The notes: generated by a model from the letters alone, not told the origin. A DNA stretch of 60,447 bases from Pirellulales bacterium (GCA_044360305.1 JBIKKQ010000003.1:1-60447), one strand, 5' to 3'; counted from the first letter of the stretch, positions 48,541 to 58,599 are shown. A program made the numbers and translations.

Positions 48541-48680
48541 GCAGACGCGAGAAAAACGCCTCCGATGCGGGTGCGGGGCGTTTCGAGAAACCCGCTCCGG
48601 ACGCCCGGGCCGCTCCTCCCGAGGCTCACGAGTCGCTCATCAGCCGGAAGACCGTTGCGGAAGTGCCATTGACCGGGCTA
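48541..48680 (+). repeat. 140-bp direct repeat, copy 2 (putative IS91-like end)
   Basis: Identical to 47164-47303 except at 2 positions; lies just downstream of the transposase fragment. Confidence 0.95.
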
Positions 48681-48707
48681 TTCTTCATCCCATCCCGAGG
48701 TCGCATC

Positions 48708-51224
48708 ATGGCCCCGTCCCCCCGTCAGCCGAACCCGCGCTCCCCCGGCCGCGGACGGTCGGTCGCCCGTCAGGCCGCGGAGAGTGGCGTGCCCTCCGCC
48801 ATCGAGGGCCTCGGCGTCTTCTATCTCGGCCAGCGGATCGACGAGCCGTCCGCCGGCCCGACCGCCGAGCCGGTCCTCATCGATGCCAAGCGGTTCACCA
48901 CCCATGCCGTCTGCGTCGGCATGACGGGCAGCGGCAAGACCGGCCTGCTGATCAGCCTGATCGAGGAGGCCGCGCTCGACGGGATCCCCACGCTCGTCAT
49001 CGACCCCAAGGGGGACCTGGCCAACGTCCTGCTCTCGTTCCCGAACCTCGCCCCGGCCGACTTCCTTCCCTGGATCGAACCCGACGCCGCCAAGCGCGAG
49101 GGCATCTCGCTGGAGGACCTGGCGGCGCGAACCGCGAGCAAGTGGGGGGCCGGCCTCGCGGCCAGCGGGCAGTCCGGCGACCGCATCCGCCGGCTCCACG
49201 AGGCCGCCGAGATGGCGGTGTTCACGCCGGGGAGCCACGCGGGCCGTCCGCTGGCGATGCTCGGCAGCCTCGATCCGCCGGACGTCAACGCCACCGATCC
49301 GGAGATCCGGCGCGAGCGGATCGAGTCGCTGGTCTCCGGCATCCTGGCGCTGGTCGGCATCGACGCCGAGCCGGGCAAGAGCCGGGAGCACGTGCTCCTC
49401 TCGGCCATCGTGGACGCGCTCTGGAAGGGGGGCACGAAAGTCGATTTCGGGACCCTCGTGCGGGCCATCCCCGCGCCGCCGATCGAACGCGTCGGCTTCC
49501 TCGACCTGGAAAATTTCTATCCCGCCGGCGACCGGTTTCAGCTCGCCAGCAAGCTCAACACGGTGGCCGCCGCCCCCGGCTTCGAGGCCTGGCTCGACGG
49601 TGAGCCGCTCGACGTCGGCCGGCTGCTCTGGACCCCAGCGGGCAAGCCGCGGGTCGCCGTCGTCTCCATCGCCCACCTCGCCGACCCGCAACGGATGGCG
49701 TTCGTCACGCTGCTCGCCGGCGCCGCGGTCTCGTGGATGCGGTCGCAGGGGGGCACGTCGTCGCTCCGGGCCCTGTTCCTCATGGACGAGGTCTTCGGCT
49801 ACCTGCCGCCGACCGCCAATCCTCCCAGCAAGACGCCGATCCTCACGCTCCTCAAGCAGGCCCGCGCCTACGGGCTGGGCGTCGTGCTGGCCACGCAGAA
49901 CCCCGTCGATCTCGACTACAAGGGGCTGTCCAACGCCGGCCTGTGGTTCCTCGGCCGGCTGCAGACCGCCCGCGACAAGGCCCGTGTCCTCGACGGCCTC
50001 GAAGGGGCGGCGGCGTCGGCGGGGGGAACCTTCGACCGCGGCCGGCTCGACCGGATGCTGTCGGGGCTCGAGCAGCGCCGGTTTCTGATGCACAGCGTCC
50101 ACGGCGACGAGGAGACGCTGTTTCAGACCCGCTGGACCATGGCCTACCTGCGCGGGCCGCTCTTGCGCGAGGAGATCCGCCGGCTCACCGCCCTGTCACC
50201 GGCGGCGGAACGGCCGGCCGCGACCGGGCCGGCCGTCGGCGCCGAGCCCGGCCTGCCCCGGCCTGCCGGTGGCCCGCGGCCGATCCTGCCACCGGGAGTC
50301 CGCGAGGTGTTTCTCGCTCCCGAGGCCGTCGTGTCCGCAGCCGCGCCGATCCACTACCGGCCGGCGATCCTCGGCCGGGCCCGGGTGCGGTATGCCCGGC
50401 CGACGGCCCGAATCGAGGTCGATCGGGAGGTGATCTGCATGGCGCCGGCCGGCGACGCGCTGGGGGAATCGGCCTGGGAGGCAGGGAAGCAGCTCGCGCA
50501 GCCGCCGCGGATCGAGCCCGGCCCGCGGGCCGGCGGATTTGCGCCGCTGCCGGCGGGACTCACCGGCCCGCGCGGCTACGCCACGCTGGCCGCGTCGCTC
50601 AAGAGCCACCTCGGCCGCACCGCCCGGCTGTCGGCCTGGCACGCCCCGGCGATCGACGCCTATTCGCGGCCCGGCGAGAACGAGGGGGAGTTTCGGGCCC
50701 GGATCGCCCATCGCGTGAAGGAATGGCGCGACGAGCGGATCGAGGCCGTGCGGTCCCGGCACGCCACGAAGCTCGCCGGCCTCGCCGACCGCATCGAGCG
50801 TGCCCGGCAGAAGGTGGAGCGGGAGAAGGCGGAGGCCAAGAACCAGTCGCTGCAGACCTACGTCTCGATCGGCTCGGCCGTGCTCGGCGCCCTCCTCGGC
50901 CGCAAGAAGGCGACCGCCACCAACATCGGCCGGGCGGCGACGTCGATGCGGTCGGCGAGCCGGGCGGCCCGGCAGCAGGCCGACGTGGCCCATGCGGAGG
51001 AGAGCCTGGCCGGCCTCGAGGAGCGCCGGATGCAGCTCGAGGAGGAGATCGACGGCGAACTGGAGCAGATCCGGCTCGAGGCCAGCCCCGACGCCGTCGC
51101 CATCGACGAGATCGAGATCCCGGCGAAGAAGACCGACATCACGGTGGACGACGTGGTCCTCGCCTGGGTGCCCGAGGCTCCGGTCGCGACCGGGATGCAG
51201 GCGGAGCGGTCGCCGTGGGCGTGA
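48708..51224 (+). CDS. HerA/DUF87-like P-loop ATPase with C-terminal coiled coil
   Basis: TTHAVCVGMTGSGKTG, IDPKGD, MDEVFG, LLKQARAYGLGVVLATQNPVDLDYK. Confidence 0.85.
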   Translation: MAPSPRQPNPRSPGRGRSVARQAAESGVPSAIEGLGVFYLGQRIDEPSAGPTAEPVLIDAKRFTTHAVCVGMTGSGKTGLLISLIEEAALDGIPTLVIDPKGDLANVLLSFPNLAPADFLPWIEPDAAKREGISLEDLAARTASKWGAGLAASGQSGDRIRRLHEAAEMAVFTPGSHAGRPLAMLGSLDPPDVNATDPEIRRERIESLVSGILALVGIDAEPGKSREHVLLSAIVDALWKGGTKVDFGTLVRAIPAPPIERVGFLDLENFYPAGDRFQLASKLNTVAAAPGFEAWLDGEPLDVGRLLWTPAGKPRVAVVSIAHLADPQRMAFVTLLAGAAVSWMRSQGGTSSLRALFLMDEVFGYLPPTANPPSKTPILTLLKQARAYGLGVVLATQNPVDLDYKGLSNAGLWFLGRLQTARDKARVLDGLEGAAASAGGTFDRGRLDRMLSGLEQRRFLMHSVHGDEETLFQTRWTMAYLRGPLLREEIRRLTALSPAAERPAATGPAVGAEPGLPRPAGGPRPILPPGVREVFLAPEAVVSAAAPIHYRPAILGRARVRYARPTARIEVDREVICMAPAGDALGESAWEAGKQLAQPPRIEPGPRAGGFAPLPAGLTGPRGYATLAASLKSHLGRTARLSAWHAPAIDAYSRPGENEGEFRARIAHRVKEWRDERIEAVRSRHATKLAGLADRIERARQKVEREKAEAKNQSLQTYVSIGSAVLGALLGRKKATATNIGRAATSMRSASRAARQQADVAHAEESLAGLEERRMQLEEEIDGELEQIRLEASPDAVAIDEIEIPAKKTDITVDDVVLAWVPEAPVATGMQAERSPWA

Positions 51225-52066
51225 CCCGCGAGATCGTCCGCGTGGACTGCCCCGACGACGTCGGACTGATCCACCGGATCACCGGCGTGCTCGAGGCCCG
51301 CGGGCTCAACATCGAGAGCAACCACGAGTTCGTGGACGCGGCGACGCGGCAGTTCTTCTTTCGGGCCGAGGTGACGCCGGCCGGCGACGCGCCGGCGGCC
51401 GGGCCGCTGGCTGGGGCGCTCGAGCGGGTGCTGCCGACGGCCGCCCGCGTCCGCGTGACCCGGGCCGAACGCCGGCCGATCGTGGTCTGCGCCACCCGCG
51501 AGCCGCACTGTGTCGGCGAACTGCTCCTCCTCGACGCCATCGGCGAGCTGCCGGGCCGGATCGCGGCCGTGGTCTCGAACCACGACCTGCTCCGCGGGCT
51601 CGTGGAGCGGTTCGGCGTGCCGTTCCATCACGTCGCGGTCGTGGGGGAGGACCGGACGGCGCACGAGACGGCCCTGGCCGCGGCCATCGACGCCCACGGG
51701 CCGGAGTACGTCGTCCTCGCCCGCTACATGCGGGTCCTGTCGGCGGCGTTCATCGCCCGCTACCAGGACCGGATCGTCAACATCCACCACTCGTTCCTGC
51801 CGGCGTTCGCCGGGGCGAGCCCCTACCGGCAGGCCTTCGCCCGCGGCGTGAAGCTGATCGGGGCCACGGCCCACTTCGTGACCGCGGAGCTCGACGCGGG
51901 GCCGATCATCGCCCAGGACGTGATCCCGGTCGATCACTCGTTCACGCCCGAGCGCATGGCCCGGGCCGGCAGCGACGTCGAGAAACGGGTGCTCGCCCGC
52001 GCCGTGCGGCTGGTGCTCGAGGAACGGGTGTTTCTCCACGGTCAGCGGACCGTGGTGCTCGGCTGA
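51221..52066 (+). CDS. purU: Formyltetrahydrofolate deformylase
   Basis: ACT domain CPDDVGLI, VLARYMRVLS, NIHHSFLPAFAGASPY, GVKLIGATAHFVT, GPII. Confidence 0.95.
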   Translation: MTREIVRVDCPDDVGLIHRITGVLEARGLNIESNHEFVDAATRQFFFRAEVTPAGDAPAAGPLAGALERVLPTAARVRVTRAERRPIVVCATREPHCVGELLLLDAIGELPGRIAAVVSNHDLLRGLVERFGVPFHHVAVVGEDRTAHETALAAAIDAHGPEYVVLARYMRVLSAAFIARYQDRIVNIHHSFLPAFAGASPYRQAFARGVKLIGATAHFVTAELDAGPIIAQDVIPVDHSFTPERMARAGSDVEKRVLARAVRLVLEERVFLHGQRTVVLG

Positions 52067-52079
52067 CGGCGGCGGCGGG

Positions 52080-53519
52080 TCAGTCCTCCCCCTGGGCCTT
52101 CGTGAACCCGTCGGCGCCGTCGATCCGCAGCAACCGCTCGACGTGGCACACCTCGTGCGTCTCGTTGACCCGCCGGGCGAGCGCCAGGGCCACGTCGAAC
52201 GGGAGCGGCTCGCCGCCGCGGCTCACGAACCGGCAGCGGTGGTGGCTGACGCAGTCGATGTTGGGATTGCCGTCCGGATAGACCTTCGTGCCCCGGTTCG
52301 AGATCATCTTCAGCCGCAGGGGCGAGGCGGCGGCGATCGCCTCCAGCGCGGGACCGAGCTCGGCCGGCGCCAGCCCGCTGTCGACGAAGATGTCGGCTCC
52401 GACCACCTCCTTCGTCCGGGCGGGCCGGAACACGGGGTCGCGGCCGACCTGCGGCATGCGGATCGGCTGCGCCGCCCGGACCGTCCAGCCCTCGGCCCGG
52501 CGGCCGAGGTTGCCGATCACGTATCGGACGAATTCCGACGTCCGCACGCCCTTGTCGTAGCCGACGACGTCGCCGGTGAGCCGGCCGTCGCCGAGCGTGC
52601 ACAGGACCGCGTGCTCGATGTCGGCGGCGGCGGCGAATTCGCCGAGATGCTTGAGCATCATCACGCCGCTGAGCAGCACCGCGCTGGGGTTGATCACGTC
52701 CTTGCCGGCGTACTTCGGGGCGGAGCCGTGGACGGCCTCGAAGATCGCGATCCCGTTGCCGAGGTTCGCCGACGGGGCGAATCCGAGCCCGCCGACCAGC
52801 GCCGACGTCAGGTCGCTGAGGATGTCGCCGTTCATGTTCGTGGTCACGATGACGTCGAACTGCCCCGGCTTCTTGACCAGCTGATGGGCGCAGTTGTCCA
52901 CGATCACGTGCCACGAGCGGATGTCCGGGTACTCCGGCGCGATCCGCTCGAACGTCCGCTTCAGCTCCCCCTCGGTGAGCTTCATGATGTTCGCCTTGGT
53001 GGCGCAGGCCACGGACCGGCGCCCCTCGGCGCGGGCGAATTCGAAGGCCAGGCGGACGATCTTCTCCGATCCCTTGGCGCTGATCAGCTTCAGGCACTGG
53101 GCGACGTCCGGGGTCTGCATGTGCTCGATGCCGGCATACAGGTCCTCGACGTTCTCCCGGACGACGACGAGGTCGATGCCCTGGCCGGTGTAGGGCGTGG
53201 TCACGCCGGGCAGCTCCCGGACCGGGCGGATGTTGGCGAACGTCTCGAACAGCTTCCGCAGCGTGACGTTGGCCGATTTCTCGCCGAATCCGACCGGCGT
53301 GCCGAGCGGTCCCTTGAGGACGACGCGGGTCTGGCTGATGGAGTCGATCGTCTCCTGCGGCACGCCCGAGGCGACGCCCTGGCGGAAGACCCGCTCGCCG
53401 GCGTGTCGTTCGATCCAGTCGATCCCGACGCCGGTGGCGTCGATGACGTCGATCGTCGCCTGCACGCATTCCGGCCCGATGCCGTCACCGGGGATGACCG
53501 TCACCGCATGTCGTGTCAT
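52080..53519 (-). CDS. icd: Isocitrate dehydrogenase (NADP-dependent, with C-terminal extension domain)
   Basis: IPGDGIGPE, TPVGFGEKSANVTLRK, RENVEDLY, NMNGDILSD, FEAVHGSAP, MISNRGTKVYP; alternative start at 53573. Confidence 0.92.
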   Translation of the reverse strand: MTRHAVTVIPGDGIGPECVQATIDVIDATGVGIDWIERHAGERVFRQGVASGVPQETIDSISQTRVVLKGPLGTPVGFGEKSANVTLRKLFETFANIRPVRELPGVTTPYTGQGIDLVVVRENVEDLYAGIEHMQTPDVAQCLKLISAKGSEKIVRLAFEFARAEGRRSVACATKANIMKLTEGELKRTFERIAPEYPDIRSWHVIVDNCAHQLVKKPGQFDVIVTTNMNGDILSDLTSALVGGLGFAPSANLGNGIAIFEAVHGSAPKYAGKDVINPSAVLLSGVMMLKHLGEFAAAADIEHAVLCTLGDGRLTGDVVGYDKGVRTSEFVRYVIGNLGRRAEGWTVRAAQPIRMPQVGRDPVFRPARTKEVVGADIFVDSGLAPAELGPALEAIAAASPLRLKMISNRGTKVYPDGNPNIDCVSHHRCRFVSRGGEPLPFDVALALARRVNETHEVCHVERLLRIDGADGFTKAQGED

Positions 53520-53593
53520 GGAACTCTTCCTCGTGGGGTGTGGGGGCGTGGTCGTCGGGGAAATCGTGGCCATCGCGGCGCGGGCCGCGGTCG

Positions 53594-53860
53594 TCAGGAG
53601 GCCGCGGCCCAGGTGCCGGCGGCAACCTGCTCCACCGCGGCGACGTCGAACTCGCGGGCGAGGAGGACGAGGAACTCGGCCACCTTGCCGAACCCGATCG
53701 CCATCTCGGGCGCGGCAGGGCGCAGGGTGAACGTCCACACCCCCCAGCCGCGGTGGGCGATGTCCTGCACCACGAACGGGCCGGTGGCCGCCAGCCGCGG
53801 CAGTTGCAGGGGAGGAGCGGACGGATTCCGGCCGGAGCGGATCGTGACCGCGTAATGCAT
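53594..53860 (-). CDS. Small hypothetical protein upstream of icd
   Basis: ACAGGAGA RBS before ATG 53860; 88 aa alpha/beta pattern. Confidence 0.55.
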   Translation of the reverse strand: MHYAVTIRSGRNPSAPPLQLPRLAATGPFVVQDIAHRGWGVWTFTLRPAAPEMAIGFGKVAEFLVLLAREFDVAAVEQVAAGTWAAAS

Positions 53861-53892
53861 GGCAGAATCTCCTGTCGTGGAAAACCTGTCAC

Positions 53893-53920
53893 ATAATACA
53901 TGTATCGGAAAACGTGTCAA
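53893..53920 (-). promoter_or_regulatory. sigma70 promoter overlapped by a palindrome
   Basis: Minus strand TTGACA-16 nt-TATTAT; palindrome ATACATGTAT at 53896-53905. Confidence 0.7.
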
Positions 53921-53950
53921 GCGGGACCAGAAAAATGCTAGACTCGCCGC

Positions 53951-54292
53951 ATGGCACGCCGTTCTCTCCCCGCATCGACGCGGACGCCGCCCCCCCGGGG
54001 GCTGCCGTCGTGGACGTTTCTCACGAACCACGGCCACGTCCTCGTCTGCATCGCGCACCGCCCCGACGTCCGCATCGCCGAGATCGCCGACCTGGTCGGC
54101 ATCGGAGAGCGGGCCACGCACCGGATCGTCTGCGATCTGGTGCGGGACGGATACGTCTTGCGGACGAAGGACGGTCGGCGGAACACCTACGCGGTGGACT
54201 TCAGCCGGCCGCTGCGGCATCCGCTCGAGGCGGAGCACACGATCGGGGAGATCTTCCGGGCCCTGACGGGCCGGTCGGGCCGCGGCCGGTGA
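53951..54292 (+). CDS. Winged-helix (MarR/AsnC-like HTH) transcriptional regulator
   Basis: WTFLTNHGHVLVCIA...IAEIADLVGIGERATHRIV...GRRNTY...LRHPLE. Confidence 0.85.
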   Translation: MARRSLPASTRTPPPRGLPSWTFLTNHGHVLVCIAHRPDVRIAEIADLVGIGERATHRIVCDLVRDGYVLRTKDGRRNTYAVDFSRPLRHPLEAEHTIGEIFRALTGRSGRGR

Positions 54293-54339
54293 CCGGGGCC
54301 GGGCGACGACGATCGGTCATTGTGCCCCATCCGCCAGCG

Positions 54340-54834
54340 TCAGGGGGAGCCGAACCGCAGTTCCGGCTCGGCCTGCCCCGCGGCGGATGGCACCGGCGCC
54401 GGGATCTGCTCGACCGCCGGCGTGGGCGTCGCAGGCGCGGGCGTTAGCGCGGGCGTTGGCCGCGGTTCGATGATCCGCGGTTCCACCACCGGGGGTTCCA
54501 CGGCCCGGGGCTCGACCACCAACGGCGGCTCAGCGGGGAGCAGGCCGGGACTGGCCGGACCCACGAGCACGGGCGCGACGGGCACCGGCACCACCACCGC
54601 CACCGGCTGGACGAGCGTCTTGCGCCACGGCCGCAGCGGCCGGGAGGCGACGACGGGAAGCGATCCGGGCAGCGGCACGACGACCGCGGGTGCGGGAGCG
54701 GCCGCCGGCACCGGCACGACGACGACTCCCTGCCGCGCGAGCCGGCGCGCCGGCGATGCCAGAGCGGTTGACGACGACGCCACGACCGATACCACGACCA
54801 TCGACACCATCACAACCGTGCGGAAAGCGACCAT
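54340..54834 (-). CDS. Exported Pro/Val-rich low-complexity protein
   Basis: GAGGAGG RBS, signal peptide, VVEP repeats. Confidence 0.55.
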   Translation of the reverse strand: MVAFRTVVMVSMVVVSVVASSSTALASPARRLARQGVVVVPVPAAAPAPAVVVPLPGSLPVVASRPLRPWRKTLVQPVAVVVPVPVAPVLVGPASPGLLPAEPPLVVEPRAVEPPVVEPRIIEPRPTPALTPAPATPTPAVEQIPAPVPSAAGQAEPELRFGSP

Positions 54835-54945
54835 CGATTCCTCCTCGGATGTGGCATGCCGGTCCGGCTGCCGGACGCGACGCCTGAAACGACTTTCGAT
54901 ATACGCCCCCGCGGCAGTTCCCGCAACGCGCCGGTGACCGCCGGG

Positions 54946-55640
54946 TCAGGAATTCCGTGCGGGCGGCGATGCCGCCGGTGACGCCACGGCGGCACCGGCC
55001 GCCTCGCCCCGTTGCTGCCGGATGAGCTGGGCGAGAAGCACCTGCACGAGCCCCCCTTCGCCCCCCGCGCCTCTTGCGCCCACGAGGATGTCGGGCGTGA
55101 TCTTCAGGCCGGCGCCGGAGATCGCCTTCATCACCTCGACCGTCGTCACGCCCTGCGCGGTGAGGGCATCGACCTGGTCGCGATAGGCCTTGGCCTGCGC
55201 CTCGCCCTTGGAACGCACGACCGTCGCCTCGGCATCGCCGATCTGCTTCGTCTTGGACGCCTCGGCCTTGGTCTTCTCGAACTCGATGCGGCGCGTCTCG
55301 GCGTCCTTCTTGGCGTCGTACATCGACTTTTCCTGCTCGGCGAGGTTCTTCTGCTGCGTCGTCCTCATCAGCGCCTCGGGCAGGTGGATGTTGGTGATCA
55401 TCACCGACACGACCTCGACCCGGTACTTGGCGAGATCCTGCCGGACCGCCTCCGCGGCCGCCTTCTGCTCCTCGGCCCGGTTCTCCTGGTAGGCGATCGC
55501 CGGTGACCGCGACACGTCGCCTCGACGATGCCCAGTTCTTTGGCGCCGATGGTGATGAACCGGGGCTTGGCCATCACCCGGACGATCGGCCAGGCGATGA
55601 CGTGGAGGCCGGGGGCGAGGTAGGCCGCCTTCAGCCGCAT
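54946..55640 (-). pseudogene. Internally deleted SPFH/flotillin-like gene
   Basis: N-terminal piece (YLAPGLHVIAWP...ELGIVEA, 55640-55520) is out of frame with the C-terminal piece (YRVEVVSVMITNIHLPEAL...GDAEA...GEAQAKAY...ITPDILV); most of the core is missing. Confidence 0.6.
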
Positions 55641-55661
55641 CCGCCACGGACCGGTGCCGGC

Positions 55662-57659
55662 CTATTTGCCGGCTTGTTTGCCGGTCCGGGGCGCGGGCGC
55701 CGCCTCGTGCGATGCGGGCACGACGCCCTGTCCGGCGGCGGCCGGCGCGGGCTGGTTCGGCCGGCGGCTGCCCGCCCGGGGCTTTTCCAGCTCGGCCACC
55801 TCGGCGGGCGTGAGCTTCGTGTGCGGCACCCCGGCCGCGGTGCCGGCGGCCGGGCCTGCCGGCTTCGTCGGCGCGTGGCTGGTGCCGGCGAGAAAGTTGT
55901 CGATCGTGGCCGTCTCGCGCAGATGGCTGAAGTACCGGCCCATCTCGATCCGCTGCTTCTTCTCGAGGATGTCGGCGTGGAGCTCGTCGCGAACCTCCTG
56001 GCGGGTCACCTTCACCGGCTCCGTCTGCCCCTCGCAAAACAGCACCATGAACCGGTCGGCCACCTGCACCACCCCCGAGAGTTCGCCCGGTTTGAGCGCG
56101 AAGGCCTCCCGCTCCAGCGTCGGCTGGCCGCCCCAGCGCCGGATCGGCGGCACCTCGCCGCGAAGCGCCTTCGTGGTCGGATCGACCGAGTAGGCCGCCG
56201 CCAGGTCGCCGACATGTTCCGGCGTCGGATTCTTGCGGGCGAGCTGCCAGACCTCCTGGGCCCGGCGCTGGTTGTCGAGGACGATCACCCGGCACTTCGC
56301 CCGCGGGCCGAACGTGGAGGTGAAGGCCTTGTCGAGATCCTCCTCGAGCACGGGCACGGCCCCGACCAGCTTCTTCAGCGCCACCGTCGGCCAGACGATG
56401 TCGTCGATGTAGTGCCGCAGGGGAACCTTCTCCTCCCGCGTCACGTGCTGGAGCCAGGCCGCCGCGTCGGGGGCGCCGGCGGCGGTGCGGAAGCCCTGGG
56501 TCTCGGCCGCCCGGGCGACCTCCGCGTCGAGGTCGGCCTGGGTCACGGATTGCTGCTCGCGGGCGAGCGCCTGCTCCATCAGCGTCCGCGTGATCAGGAT
56601 CTCCAGCACCTCGACGCCGTGCCGGTCGAGGCAGGCGGCCCGGACCTGCTCCAGCGTGACGGGCTGGCCGTTGACGAGGGCGGCAACGCCGGGGCTGGCC
56701 GCTGCCCGGGCCGGATCATTCATCACGTTCTCCACCCGGGCCGCGTCCTGGAGGGTGCGGAAATACGTGGTGGCGGCCTGGCGGCTGCGGGCCTCGCGGA
56801 GTTCCTCGACGAGCCGCGGCCGCACGTCGGCCTGTTTCACGTCGGCCGCCGGCAGGTGTCCCTCGCACTTGATGATGATGAACTGGTCCGCGACCTGCAC
56901 CACCGGCGAGATTTCCCCGACCGCGAGCCTGAAGGCCGCCTGGTCGAACTGCGGCTCGCCGGAGTGGAGCTTGATCGGCTGCACCCAGCCGTCCACGCTG
57001 GCGCTGCCCACGTCCACGGAGTTCCGGCGGGCGAGGACGGGGAACTCATCCGGCTTGGCTACGGCCTGGGCGCGGAGTTCCTCCGCCTCGCGCCGCGTCC
57101 GCGTCACGATGATCCGCGCCTTGACGGCCGGGCCGAACTGCTTCTCGAAGGCGGCGTCGATCTCCTCCGCCGTCGGCTCGGCCGCGCCGTGCGCCAGCCG
57201 TCGCAGGGCGAGCATCGGCCAGACGATGTCGTCGGCATACTGCCTGGCGGTCACGCCGCGCTCGCGCTGGATCAGTTCCAGATACTTTTCGCGCGGAACG
57301 TTGAACCGGCGGGCCAGGGCCTCGATCTCGGCCTCCACGTCTTTGCCGGTCACGACCACGTTGGCCCGGCCGCAGGCCTGCTCGATGATCCGCCGGTTCA
57401 CGAACGATTCCAGGACCGCGGTCCCATGCCGGGCGAGGCACTCCGTCGCGAGTCGGTCGGCGGTGATCTCGACGCCGTTGACGAGCGCCATCGGCTTTGC
57501 CACGCCGGTAGCCGGCTGCCCCGGCCGGGCGGGCGCCGGCGGCACGGCATCGGCCTCGCGGCCCCCCGCCAGGAACCGCCAGGCGACGCAGCACCCCACC
57601 ACGACGACGGCGAGGATCACCTCGCGCGCATGCCGACCGCCCGTCCACGACTGGGTCAT
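55662..57659 (-). CDS. Foldase/peptidyl-prolyl isomerase with two PpiC (parvulin) modules
   Basis: ALVNG...IT twice, ARIIV / CRVIV, AFRLAVGEISPVVQV / AFALKPGELSGVVQV; AAGGAGG RBS. Confidence 0.88.
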   Translation of the reverse strand: MTQSWTGGRHAREVILAVVVVGCCVAWRFLAGGREADAVPPAPARPGQPATGVAKPMALVNGVEITADRLATECLARHGTAVLESFVNRRIIEQACGRANVVVTGKDVEAEIEALARRFNVPREKYLELIQRERGVTARQYADDIVWPMLALRRLAHGAAEPTAEEIDAAFEKQFGPAVKARIIVTRTRREAEELRAQAVAKPDEFPVLARRNSVDVGSASVDGWVQPIKLHSGEPQFDQAAFRLAVGEISPVVQVADQFIIIKCEGHLPAADVKQADVRPRLVEELREARSRQAATTYFRTLQDAARVENVMNDPARAAASPGVAALVNGQPVTLEQVRAACLDRHGVEVLEILITRTLMEQALAREQQSVTQADLDAEVARAAETQGFRTAAGAPDAAAWLQHVTREEKVPLRHYIDDIVWPTVALKKLVGAVPVLEEDLDKAFTSTFGPRAKCRVIVLDNQRRAQEVWQLARKNPTPEHVGDLAAAYSVDPTTKALRGEVPPIRRWGGQPTLEREAFALKPGELSGVVQVADRFMVLFCEGQTEPVKVTRQEVRDELHADILEKKQRIEMGRYFSHLRETATIDNFLAGTSHAPTKPAGPAAGTAAGVPHTKLTPAEVAELEKPRAGSRRPNQPAPAAAGQGVVPASHEAAPAPRTGKQAGK

Positions 57660-57897
57660 CGTCCTGCCCTCCTTGGATCCCCGGCGGCCGTTCCATCCAA
57701 TCCATGTCCGACCGCCGGCGACGGGAGGAAATAGGGGTTTCGGGCGGCGGTTTCAAGATGAATTCCGCCGCCGAAAACTGGGCAGGCTGGCGAACCGACC
57801 GGCCCCGCCCTGGGCCGGCCCAGGCCGGCCGACTTTCTCCCCCTCCCGGCTTCGACTACCCTGCCGACGTGCGTCGTCGTCCTTCCAGGCAGTTCCC

Positions 57898-58599
57898 ATG
57901 ACCGCCACCAGCCCGGCTCCGGCAGGCGAGCCCCACGTCCCGGAATGCCTTGCCGTCCTCGGGCTGCGGCCCCCGCTGACGCTCGAGGATGTGAAGCAGG
58001 CCTACCTCGCCAAGGCCGTGACCGCGCACCCCGACCGGGGCGGCAGCCCGGAGCAGTTCATCCGCCTCCAACGGGCGTTCGAGGAGGCGAACGACTACGT
58101 CATGTTCAAGGCCAGCAAGCTCGAGTGGCTGGCCTCCAAGGTCGAGGCCTACGCCGAGCAGCAGGAGGTGGCCACGGCGGCCATCGAGCGCGGCGGGGCG
58201 ATCGAGATGGAGGAGACCGACTGGCTGCGCAAGTCGTTCGGCGAGGATTTCGGCCACGTGGCCGACAAGCTCGTGGCGGTGCGGCTGCGCGGCCCGCAGG
58301 CCGACGATGTGTTTGCCATCCTGCTCGGGTTCCGGGCCGATTCGCTCAAGGATCTCGCTCTGCTCGATCTCGCCGGGGGCACGATCACCGACGAGGGACT
58401 GCTGCAATTGAAGGGGCTCGCGGGGCTGCGGCATCTCGACCTGCGCGGCACCGCCGTCGGCCGGCTGGCAGCCGAAGTGCCGACCTGGTTCGAGCGGCTC
58501 GAGTTTCTCGGCCTGCCCAAGGGCTCCGTCGGCATGTTCGGCCGGCTGGCGATGCCGCGGCGGCTGAAGCTGGAACTCGGCGACGCGCCCGCCCCCTGA
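57898..58599 (+). CDS. J-domain protein with C-terminal leucine-rich repeats
   Basis: LAVLGL...VKQAY...HPDRGG...FIRLQRAFE; LDLAGGTITDEGL, LRHLDLRGT. Confidence 0.85.
   Translation: MTATSPAPAGEPHVPECLAVLGLRPPLTLEDVKQAYLAKAVTAHPDRGGSPEQFIRLQRAFEEANDYVMFKASKLEWLASKVEAYAEQQEVATAAIERGGAIEMEETDWLRKSFGEDFGHVADKLVAVRLRGPQADDVFAILLGFRADSLKDLALLDLAGGTITDEGLLQLKGLAGLRHLDLRGTAVGRLAAEVPTWFERLEFLGLPKGSVGMFGRLAMPRRLKLELGDAPAP

Noticed and set aside
47164-48680. Direct repeats as a CRISPR array or integron attC sites
   Set aside because: Only two 140-bp copies, no short repeat-spacer periodicity, no cas or intI gene, and no RYYYAAC/GTTRRRY box pair seen
48288-48707. Apparent 140-aa N-terminal extension of the HerA-like ATPase
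   Set aside because: It reads through the hydrolase 3' end, the transposase scrap and the non-coding repeat; the likely start is ATG 48708
48708-51224. HerA-like ATPase as an anti-phage system
   Set aside because: No partner nuclease, SIR2 or NurA gene adjacent; it is coupled to purU
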